53,490 nt of DNA from a virus: the UHGV virus genome UHGV-1366525; one strand, written 5' to 3'. The notes beneath the pieces were generated by a model, which did not search any database, had not been told where the DNA came from, and was given only the letters and a program-made list of their open reading frames with translations. Shown here piece after piece: positions 11,221 through 18,277 of this stretch. How positions within the stretch are numbered: the first letter of the stretch is position 1; each line of letters opens with the position of its first letter. The position numbers and the translations under genes were made by a program.

Positions 11221-11345
11221 AAGAAAACAAGAAGAAGGCGGAGCGGGAGGAAGAAACTAATATGGTTCAAACTAATTAGTTTGATGTATATGCAAGCTCT
11301 CGTGTGCGCACGCGATTATCCATATTATATAGGGATTTCTTTTGT

Positions 11346-11407
11346 GTTTGGTAGTTTGTTGGTTTATATGTTTGGTAGTTTGTTGGTTTATATGTTTGGT
11401 AGTTTTT
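11346..11407. repeat. tandem direct repeat, 24-bp unit GTTTGGTAGTTTGTTGGTTTATAT x ~2.6
   Basis: Read directly. Lies in the divergent intergenic region between the minus late block and the plus early block. Confidence 0.85.
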
Positions 11408-11672
11408 ATAACTTAAATATTTGAAACCAAAATTCTTATGAGCATTAGAGCAGAATGTCATATATCCTCTCCTCTGAAGAGCCGCCCGGGCTCGAATTTT
11501 AATATGGTTCAAAATACATATAACCATCTCTCGAAGAGGTCGAGAGAGAAAGACCCCTCACAATCGAATAAGACAATGCCTCTCTCTTTCAGAGTTCTCT
11601 CTCAGTCCATGATGATGAACACTGCGCTCGACCCGGGTTTTCTCCGATAGGTGGAATCTCGAACAACCAAAC

Positions 11673-11707
11673 CGTCAGAGATGACCCGGAGCAAATCAGC
11701 CTTGGAA
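11673..11707. repeat. left arm of a perfect 35-bp inverted repeat (CGTCAGAGATGACCCGGAGCAAATCAGCCTTGGAA)
   Basis: Exact reverse complement of 12834..12868. Extends to 39/40 identity with flanks. Confidence 0.9.
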
Positions 11708-11725
11708 TCTCGTTCAGAAGTCAAG

Positions 11726-11968
11726 ATGACAGGATTAGGATTAGTTTACAAGAAGTCAGAGAGAAGAGTCCGAGAAATCAAAGAGAGTTTAGTGGACTTC
11801 CTCGACGGTAGCGACAAGAGAAGAATCAAGAATGCCCGCCGATATGAAGATTGGCGAATGGAACAAGAGTACAAAGAAGAACATAGAAAAGGTTATTGTC
11901 CCACCTGCTTCTGTTTGAGAATGAAGTCAGGTAAATGCCCGAATGGGTGTGATAGCACGCGCGATTAG
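11726..11968 (+). CDS. possible small Cys-rich protein (C-terminal CPTCFC...CPNGC)
   Basis: Within ORF-track frame 11651..11968. No convincing RBS. Overlaps IR-L. Low confidence. Confidence 0.25.
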   Translation: MTGLGLVYKKSERRVREIKESLVDFLDGSDKRRIKNARRYEDWRMEQEYKEEHRKGYCPTCFCLRMKSGKCPNGCDSTRD

Positions 11969-12000
11969 CGATGCTGATGATTAAAAGATAGGAGGTTATT

Positions 12001-12420
12001 ATGAATAGAGTTTACAAGGTTGACGATGGTTTTGAAGTAGTCTGCGACAATGGAGAAGTTGTCAAAGGTGTCAGATGGTTTGAGAAAAAGACTGGTGTCT
12101 GGCATATCAAACTGCCTGCGAATAATCCGACAGGGAGGACCTATATCAGAGAATCGAAACTCAATGCCGATGGTGAATATGAGTTCGAGACCAAGACGAC
12201 GGGTCCGCGAGTCATCGGAAGTGATTTCCTCGATAGAATGACCGAAGAAGAAAGAGACGAATACGAGGAACTCGCCGAACAGAAGAAAGAGATTGACGAG
12301 AGACTCGACGAACTCAAGAAGCTCGCGCTCAGCAGACCGAAGCCGGAGTTGACCGAAGAAGAGAAGTTGCAAAGAGAGATTGAGAAGCTGCAGGCCAAAC
12401 TCAAGATGCTGAAGAAGTAA
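12001..12420 (+). CDS. hypothetical protein, paralog family member A (N-domain WFEK..WHI..L...KTTGPRxIG plus C-terminal coiled coil TEEEKL..IEKLQ.KL)
   Basis: ORF track. RBS AGGAGG. Clear paralogy with 14564..15004 and 15080..15286. Confidence 0.85.
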   Translation: MNRVYKVDDGFEVVCDNGEVVKGVRWFEKKTGVWHIKLPANNPTGRTYIRESKLNADGEYEFETKTTGPRVIGSDFLDRMTEEERDEYEELAEQKKEIDERLDELKKLALSRPKPELTEEEKLQREIEKLQAKLKMLKK

Positions 12421-12432
12421 GGAGATAAGAGA

Positions 12433-12615
12433 ATGAACGAGACACCTATGACCTGTGCAATATGTGGTTGCATCATAGATGATAACGACATGTGGGAATG
12501 CGAAAATTGCGGCAGAATCGTCTGTGGTTATTGTATTGATAGTGAGGGACTCTGTGACGATTGTCATGATGAGTTTGAAGAGAAGTTCAAAAGCACGCAC
12601 GGATTCATGTGGTAG
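12433..12615 (+). CDS. small zinc-ribbon protein (4x CxxC), single unit
   Basis: CAICGC..CENCG..CGYC..CDDC. RBS AAGGAG. The unit is repeated twice in 13016..13297. Confidence 0.8.
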   Translation: MNETPMTCAICGCIIDDNDMWECENCGRIVCGYCIDSEGLCDDCHDEFEEKFKSTHGFMW

Positions 12616-12628
12616 GAGGTAAATAGAC

Positions 12629-12823
12629 ATGACGATGAACGAGAAGAACAAGGTATACGAACTCACGAAACTCGCGCTCGATGGATTAACGACAGAAGAG
12701 AAACTTGACCTTGATTGGGCAGGCCTGCCGAGCCCAGAGCATGCTGTCGTCGTAACTGTTGCCGACATGCTCAACTATGATGCAAGTAATGACGAAATTG
12801 AAGAGATAGTGAATGAACTGTAA
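12629..12823 (+). CDS. small acidic hypothetical protein (64 aa)
   Basis: ORF track. RBS AGGAGG. Confidence 0.7.
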   Translation: MTMNEKNKVYELTKLALDGLTTEEKLDLDWAGLPSPEHAVVVTVADMLNYDASNDEIEEIVNEL

Positions 12824-12833
12824 TGTAATGAGG

Positions 12834-12868
12834 TTCCAAGGCTGATTTGCTCCGGGTCATCTCTGACG
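12834..12868. repeat. right arm of the perfect 35-bp inverted repeat
   Basis: Reverse complement of 11673..11707. Confidence 0.9.
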
Positions 12869-13015
12869 ATTTAGTCACACTTAGACGAGACAATTAGGGA
12901 GTACAGAGTAATACAAGTAGAGGAGGTGAGTAATAGATAGAATAGAGCACGGTATCCCAAGGGGTTATTCTACCCAAATGAGCTGTAAAACTAAATACAT
13001 ATTAGGAGGTTAGTT

Positions 13016-13297
13016 ATGTACAAGTGTAGTATTTGTGGTCGTAGTATCGACATTGATAAAGACGAACATTTTGTTTGTGATGAATGTGGTGAAATCGTCT
13101 GTCCTGATTGTATCTCTGATAGAGGTTTCTGTAAAAACTGTACCGATTTTGAACCTGATGTGTTTTACTGTCATGTTTGTGGTCGTATATGTGACACAGA
13201 AGATGGTGATTATGAGGTCTGTGACGAATGTGGACATGTTGTTTGCCCAGATTGTTTTGACAGGTATTCCGGATTGTGTCGAAAATGTTTGATGTAA
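13016..13297 (+). CDS. tandem-duplicated zinc-ribbon protein (two 4xCxxC units)
   Basis: CSICG..CDECG..CPDC..CKNC followed by CHVCG..CDECG..CPDC..CRKC. RBS AGGAGG. Confidence 0.8.
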   Translation: MYKCSICGRSIDIDKDEHFVCDECGEIVCPDCISDRGFCKNCTDFEPDVFYCHVCGRICDTEDGDYEVCDECGHVVCPDCFDRYSGLCRKCLM

Positions 13298-13315
13298 GGA
13301 GGAATATCGAGTAAA

Positions 13316-13540
13316 ATGCACTATCACATCATGGTTCATCACGACAATAAGAACAAAGAAGTCTTTCTCGAAGGTGAATTCAACGAAAGTATGTTACTTA
13401 GATACCTAAAACGTGAGTTCGGGAAGGATTTTATCGCGTCTGTCTATGTTTCTGAGGAGTCTTACAGTGAGACTATCCTCGAAAGTTGGTCATTTTGTAG
13501 TCATGGAGGTGTTGTAGAGACAAAGAAAAGTAGAATTTAA
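13316..13540 (+). CDS. hypothetical protein (74 aa)
   Basis: ORF track. RBS AAGGAGG. Confidence 0.65.
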   Translation: MHYHIMVHHDNKNKEVFLEGEFNESMLLRYLKREFGKDFIASVYVSEESYSETILESWSFCSHGGVVETKKSRI

Positions 13541-13577
13541 GTGATTTATCATATTATCATATATCGATTTTTGAGAT

Positions 13578-13694
13578 ATACCGCTTAATTTTCATCGTCA
13601 TTTTATCCGGACAAGAGAGGAAAATCATCGCTTTTAGTCTTATACCGCTTATTTTCCTCGCTATTTTGCTCTGACAAGAGGGAAAATCCTCATC
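13578..13694. repeat. two ~53-bp imperfect direct repeats (iterons), 64-bp period: ATACCGCTTAATTTTCATCGTCATTTTATCCGGACAAGAGAGGAAAATCATCGC / ATACCGCTTATTTTCCTCGCTATTTTGCTCTGACAAGAGGGAAAATCCTCATC
   Basis: Read directly. Each unit also holds a short internal inverted repeat (TTTTCCTC / GAGGGAAAA). Confidence 0.8.
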
Positions 13695-13970
13695 ATATGA
13701 TATGATTTTGTATAATATAAGATAAAATCCCTTAGAGAAATAAAAAATTTCATCATATTATCATATATCATATTATCATATGACTTTTTAAAAATAAAAT
13801 ATAGACCTATAAATATTATAGTATATTATATAATATATAATAATATAAATAGTACTATATTATCTTAAAAATAAAAAGTCATATGATAATATGATATATG
13901 ATAATATGATAGAATTTTTATTTTTCCTATAGGGAATCATCTTATATTATACAAAATCATATCATATGAT
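13691..13970. repeat. ~280-bp AT-rich imperfect palindrome (outer 33-bp arms 13691..13723 and 13938..13970; inner 37-bp arms 13752..13788 and 13874..13910); candidate replication origin
   Basis: Both arm pairs are exact reverse complements. The centre TATATTATATAATATATA is itself palindromic. Iterons lie immediately upstream. Confidence 0.7.
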
Positions 13971-14071
13971 GAGAGATTATACCTTACGACCATATAACCA
14001 TTGTAATCCGGATATCTTGCAAATCTTATTCTCATTGTAACTACATAATTCAACATTAGGAGGCATAAATA

Positions 14072-14443
14072 ATGAATATCGTGTACGACCCTGTAGATAA
14101 CTTAACTTTCAATGAGCAAAAATATATTGACCCACACACGCATATCTTTATAAAGAAGAGACCCCTCATACCGAATGAGCAATGGCAAACGTCTATCTTT
14201 GTAGAAGCCCCTGCTCATCCGGCAATGCAATCAAAAGCAATCTTATTGTCAAGTGCAATCAGTAACAAATCCGAGAATGATGCCACCTGTAGAGCAGTAG
14301 ACAATTATAATTATATTGTCCAAACTATCAATCAATTTATTATCGAAACACATCCCACGACAGTTCCTCCTCGTCCCTTCCCTCTGCTCCCGCCTCTGAC
14401 ATATCTCATTGTCAATACGCTGAAAGATATTACACAATTATAG
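14072..14443 (+). CDS. hypothetical protein (123 aa)
   Basis: ORF track. RBS AGGAGG. Confidence 0.7.
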   Translation: MNIVYDPVDNLTFNEQKYIDPHTHIFIKKRPLIPNEQWQTSIFVEAPAHPAMQSKAILLSSAISNKSENDATCRAVDNYNYIVQTINQFIIETHPTTVPPRPFPLLPPLTYLIVNTLKDITQL

Positions 14444-14475
14444 GTTCTTCAATTAAAGGTTCATAATTCTAAAAT

Positions 14476-14510
14476 AAGTGCATATAATATATATGTAGCA
14501 ATTCGAGAGA
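14476..14510 (+). promoter_or_regulatory. candidate sigma-70-type promoter (TTCATA, 17 nt, TATAAT)
   Basis: Perfect -10 TATAAT with 4/6 -35 at 17-bp spacing, about 55 nt upstream of the 14564 gene. Confidence 0.35.
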
Positions 14511-14563
14511 ATCCTCTATCGATTCCCTCTTAGGCAAATAACCAAATTTAAAAGGAGAGTATC

Positions 14564-15004
14564 ATGTCTGTCAAAATCACCTGTATCAACAAAGAAACTG
14601 AGTCCGGAGTCCCCGAGTTTGAGGCTCTTGACCTCGCTACCAACGAATCCATTCCTATCAAGAATTGGTTCGAGAAGAGCAAGGACAAATGGCACATCGT
14701 CCTTGGCCCTAACTCCGCAAATCGTAAGTATATTGCACATAATGAGTTCTTCGCTAAGGCCGAGAATGACGAATATATTGTCGAGGATAAGACTACTGGT
14801 CCTCGCAAAATCGGAACGAGCCAGCCTGACCGCCATCTCATTCCTTTCATGACGGCAGAAGATAAGGAAGCGTACGATAGTATCATTGCGCGTGCAATCG
14901 AGAATCGTAATGCCCAGAAAGCCCAGAAGCCCGTCATGACTGAGGAAGAAAAGCTCATGGCGCAGATTGAGAAGTTGCAGAAGAAGCTCGCAGCTCTTAA
15001 CTAA
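14564..15004 (+). CDS. hypothetical protein, paralog family member B (full length)
   Basis: Shares NWFEKSKDKWHIVL...KTTGPRKIG and C-terminal MTEEEKLMAQIEKLQKKL with 12001..12420. RBS AAGGAG. Confidence 0.85.
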   Translation: MSVKITCINKETESGVPEFEALDLATNESIPIKNWFEKSKDKWHIVLGPNSANRKYIAHNEFFAKAENDEYIVEDKTTGPRKIGTSQPDRHLIPFMTAEDKEAYDSIIARAIENRNAQKAQKPVMTEEEKLMAQIEKLQKKLAALN

Positions 15005-15079
15005 TCTATAAACATACTGTCTTATAGATAGAGTATAAGACAGCAGCAATATATCTTATTAAATAAAGGAGTAAATGAA

Positions 15080-15286
15080 ATGACGATTATTGACTATATC
15101 CTCCCTGAGGACCAAGAGCTGTACAAGCAGATTATCGAAAGAGCGGCAGAAGCCAAGGCAAATGCTCCGAAAGCATCTCGTGCCCCGAGAGGTCCCATGA
15201 CAGAAGAGCAGAAAATTAAGATGGCAGAAGGTAAGCTCGCGAAGCTGCAGGCCAAGCTGGAAGCCCTCAGAGCGCAGCAGGCGTAA
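15080..15286 (+). CDS. hypothetical protein, paralog family member C (C-terminal coiled-coil module only)
   Basis: DQELYKQIIERAAEAK...MTEEQKIKMAEGKLAKLQAKLEAL aligns to the C-terminus of 14564..15004. RBS AAGGAG. Confidence 0.75.
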   Translation: MTIIDYILPEDQELYKQIIERAAEAKANAPKASRAPRGPMTEEQKIKMAEGKLAKLQAKLEALRAQQA

Positions 15287-15303
15287 CACACACCACCCCA
15301 CAA

Positions 15304-15326
15304 GCCCCGATAATCGGGGCTTTATA
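15304..15326 (+). terminator. candidate intrinsic terminator (GCCCCGA-TAA-TCGGGGC then TTTAT)
   Basis: 7-bp GC stem with a short T tract after the 15080..15286 stop. Confidence 0.45.
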
Positions 15327-15344
15327 CATATTAAGGAGTATAAC

Positions 15345-16166
15345 ATGAGAAATTTAACGCTCGTCATAAAACCAGAAGAAACAGTTTCAGACTTAATAGA
15401 AGAAATCTGCGATGAAGAGAGCATCTTACCACAAACACCGTTTGCGTTCTCGGCGTTCTGTCAAAACTCTCTCTTGCAGATAAACATAGTAGATGACCTT
15501 CCCCTCCACACTCATCAGGTCAACACCTACACACCAAATGATATAGCCTCTATTCTCTCCCCATCTAACAGTAAATGCAAAACGCAATATATGAATCCGC
15601 CGTTAGAAGCATATCTCTTAGTCTATAAGCCTCTCTTATCAAAGATGGTAGAGCGAGTGTACCCACGCTATTGTGCCTATATTCCAGAGAAAGATGACCT
15701 CTTATCAATCTTGTATTTAACCCTTGTCCGCCTTCACAATAAGAATTATTACTTACACCAGAATCTTGTCTATCGCTCATACTTAAACGCCTTGAATTTA
15801 GAGATAAGAACCATGAAGAAAATGCCTCAAGGAGACCAACTCACCTCATTCGATGCGCCAATAGCAGAAACAGATAATGGTGAAGAGGTTTCCCTCTACG
15901 ACCTCCTCGCAGACCCCATATCGTCAGAACAAGCATATGATATGTATCATTACTCTGTACATGATGCATTAGAAGATATGTTCGAGCGAGTAAAGGCGGC
16001 TATGTTACATAATATGTCCACTCTTTCCTTTGACCGCATCCTCATACAATTAAAGACAAAATCTATTGACCCATCTACAGCAAAACTTCTGGCTAAATAT
16101 AGGGAGCGATTCAGTCCGGGTCTAGCCCTGAGGTCAACAAAAGGCAAATCTAAACAAAGTAAATAA
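15345..16166 (+). CDS. hypothetical protein (273 aa); weak resemblance to a sigma-70-family factor (region-2-like segment YKPLLSKMVERVYPRY...KDDLLSILYLTLVRLHNK)
   Basis: ORF track. RBS AAGGAG. The sigma resemblance is pattern-level only. Confidence 0.7.
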   Translation: MRNLTLVIKPEETVSDLIEEICDEESILPQTPFAFSAFCQNSLLQINIVDDLPLHTHQVNTYTPNDIASILSPSNSKCKTQYMNPPLEAYLLVYKPLLSKMVERVYPRYCAYIPEKDDLLSILYLTLVRLHNKNYYLHQNLVYRSYLNALNLEIRTMKKMPQGDQLTSFDAPIAETDNGEEVSLYDLLADPISSEQAYDMYHYSVHDALEDMFERVKAAMLHNMSTLSFDRILIQLKTKSIDPSTAKLLAKYRERFSPGLALRSTKGKSKQSK

Positions 16167-16187
16167 TATAAAAGGAGAAAGAACATA

Positions 16188-16457
16188 ATGACAGAAGAGC
16201 AAAAGTTACAACTGAGATGTGTCACTGAGATGGAGTTGACAAATTTCTATATTGACCCACTCACAAAGTGTGACCTTCTCCGGAAACTGAGGCAGTTAGG
16301 TCTGCAAGAAGAAAAAGGTGCCTTCTCGGCGACAATCCGTGTGCTGCTGCAGTATTTCGCCGACTCTAAATTTGACGGCATTATTGATGACATCCACACG
16401 TCTATTCGCAGAGAGGTGCTTCTCACAAAATCCAAAAGTAAGAGGTCTACGCTATGA
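16188..16457 (+). CDS. small protein upstream of, and translationally coupled to, the MazF-like gene (candidate cognate antitoxin)
   Basis: ATGA overlap with the 16454 gene, the classic antitoxin-first layout. RBS AAGGAGAAAG. No sequence similarity to MazE was verified. Confidence 0.65.
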   Translation: MTEEQKLQLRCVTEMELTNFYIDPLTKCDLLRKLRQLGLQEEKGAFSATIRVLLQYFADSKFDGIIDDIHTSIRREVLLTKSKSKRSTL

Positions 16458-17140
16458 CAAATACCGTCTACATCCACAAAGGTGACATCTTTTGGCTGTC
16501 TCTCCCTCAGGCCTCTGCATCCTCTACCTCTATTCAGCAAGGGAACAGACCGTATATCGTTATCTCATCTAACTCCGGTTGCATCTCCAGTCCCGTGATT
16601 TCGGTTATCCCTTGTACGACGAAGTTTAAGTCCCTCTCTATTAACGTCACCTTATCGTACAATATCAAAGGGCTGCCGATGCAAGCGTTGTGTAATCAGA
16701 TTCAAACAATCCCGAGAGAGCTCCTCCTCTCTCATAATTATATCGGCAGAGTTACGGACATTGACCTCTCTAATATAGATGAGGCAATCTGTAAAGCATA
16801 TTCTCTCCACCAGACCACCCCATCCTCAACTCCTCTTGTCGATATGCAACAGCAGTTTACCCAAATAGTAGCAAAGATTAAAGAAGAATGCCTCTCCCTC
16901 ACAAAAGACTTGTCTTTTACGGAGAAGCTTATTCATCCGCAAGATAAAAAGCCGTATCTACGCAGAACTACTCTTGACAAGATTAGATTTATGGAAGATT
17001 GGCAATCTTCCATGACACGAGAAGAAGTTGCCGAGAAGCATCACTTTTCTTCGGTGTCGGTAGCAAGAGCAACGTATGGCAGATGGTCGCCATGGTATAA
17101 GAATTTGAGAAGGAGTAAGAGTAATGGAACCGGAGATTAA
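16454..17140 (+). CDS. MazF/PemK/Kid-family toxin domain (N-terminal ~115 aa) fused to a C-terminal HTH-containing domain
   Basis: KGDIFWLSLPQ...GNRPYIVIS...VIPCTTKFKSLSINVTL...MQALCNQIQTI aligns with E. coli MazF (GDLIWVDFDPT..RPAVVLS..CVPCTTQSKGYPFEVVL..VALADQVKSI) and Kid. The C-terminal MTREEVAEKHHFSSVSVARATYGRW is HTH-like. Confidence 0.8.
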   Translation: MTNTVYIHKGDIFWLSLPQASASSTSIQQGNRPYIVISSNSGCISSPVISVIPCTTKFKSLSINVTLSYNIKGLPMQALCNQIQTIPRELLLSHNYIGRVTDIDLSNIDEAICKAYSLHQTTPSSTPLVDMQQQFTQIVAKIKEECLSLTKDLSFTEKLIHPQDKKPYLRRTTLDKIRFMEDWQSSMTREEVAEKHHFSSVSVARATYGRWSPWYKNLRRSKSNGTGD

Positions 17141-17558
17141 AGTAGCATGTAAGTTATCATATGAGGTCATAGATTATTTTCATGACTATGACCTGTCACG
17201 ATTGGCGGACTTATTGCTGGAACAATATGACGTTACGTCACTGCCGCCTATCTCATTTGACCAGATGGTACAGAGGAATCTCGTCATAACGAATCAGTAC
17301 TATATAGAATTAAAGCAGGCATTCCCTCCTACTTCTCCGAAGATTTCCTTGTCTCGCTTGTTTGAGTATGCCTACACGCAGGATATTCTTGCAGACCCGG
17401 TGCCGTATTCATCTGCCTACAAGCATACGCAGAAATCTTATATAGATTATCTGCGCAAGGCGAAGAATTTTATTCGTACAGCGTCTCATATGGCGCCAGA
17501 TAATGTGCAGCCACTCTTGCAAGATTTAATTGCAACAATAAACGAGGTGACAGAGTGA
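17124..17558 (+). CDS. hypothetical protein (144 aa)
   Basis: ORF track. Overlaps the upstream gene by 17 nt. RBS AGGAG. Confidence 0.7.
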   Translation: MEPEIKVACKLSYEVIDYFHDYDLSRLADLLLEQYDVTSLPPISFDQMVQRNLVITNQYYIELKQAFPPTSPKISLSRLFEYAYTQDILADPVPYSSAYKHTQKSYIDYLRKAKNFIRTASHMAPDNVQPLLQDLIATINEVTE

Positions 17559-17726
17559 AAAGTATTTATATTGAGATTAAAGCTAGAAATGACAAAGTAT
17601 TTATTGTGTTCGTAGATAACATTTCCCTTGTCTATAGAGCGCAAGGGGTGACGTATGTTGAGATGAACAATGGGTCAAAAATTTGCACAAACGAGTCTCC
17701 TGACTCGATATTAAGGAGGGCATTAT

Positions 17727-17921
17727 ATGAATAATTGTGAGTGTCTGTGTGCACATTGTATCTTGCTGAGAAGATGTAAAGAAATAGTGTGTGCAGATTG
17801 TGTTGACTCGTCAACTGCGAATAGCGTAGAAGAATCGATGTACATTCCAGTCACAGGTTGTGACGAGTATGAACCTAATCCGGAGGACCCTGTCTATGGA
17901 TACAATACAAAAGACTTATGA
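17727..17921 (+). CDS. small Cys-rich protein (64 aa)
   Basis: CECLCAHC...CKEIVCADC. RBS AAGGAGG. Confidence 0.65.
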   Translation: MNNCECLCAHCILLRRCKEIVCADCVDSSTANSVEESMYIPVTGCDEYEPNPEDPVYGYNTKDL

Positions 17922-18132
17922 GTCTCCCACCTTTGCTGTTAAACCATGTCCTAATTGTCTTTCTAAGCAATTCTTCCTCATGCAGAAAGGACCTCATATC
18001 GGCGCATATTGCACAAAATGTGGGTCTTATATTTGTTGGGTGAAAAAGAATAAAATCGTAGAACAGGAGGTAATAACTAATGAGCAACATATCGCACAGA
18101 GCATCGACGATGACGAGTTACCGTGGCTGTGA
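17897..18132 (+). CDS. small zinc-ribbon protein (CPNC...CTKCGSYIC)
   Basis: Internal ATG at 17897 preceded by GGAGGA at 9-nt spacing. The ORF-track frame is 17860..18132. Confidence 0.6.
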
Positions 18133-18277
18133 GAATTGTAGTAATTTCTTCACTTCCAAACATCTTAAATGTCCTTCTTGTAAAGTATTTGGTGGAGTGA
18201 ATGACAAATTACTTGACTTCATTGGTGTGACGTCAGCAGAAGAGTGCAAGTTCTATGAGAAGAGGAAACAAAAATGA
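18080..18277 (+). CDS. small zinc-ribbon protein (CENC...CPSC)
   Basis: AGGAGG RBS 9 nt upstream of the ATG. Confidence 0.65.
   Translation: MSNISHRASTMTSYRGCENCSNFFTSKHLKCPSCKVFGGVNDKLLDFIGVTSAEECKFYEKRKQK

Noticed and set aside
11140-11424. 94-aa plus ORF with a repeated LLVYMFGS peptide
   Set aside because: It is generated by translating the 24-bp tandem DNA repeat, it is intergenic, and it has no RBS.
11965-12774. 269-aa minus-strand ORF, and similar minus ORFs at 14516..15049 and 15059..15424
   Set aside because: They lie antisense to plus-strand genes that have perfect SD sites and within-genome paralogy. They have no RBS, and their translations are low-complexity.
13691-13970. Palindrome as a protelomerase telRL site of a linear plasmid-prophage
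   Set aside because: No protelomerase-like gene is seen in the window, and adjacent iterons favour an origin. It is kept only as an alternative within the origin finding.
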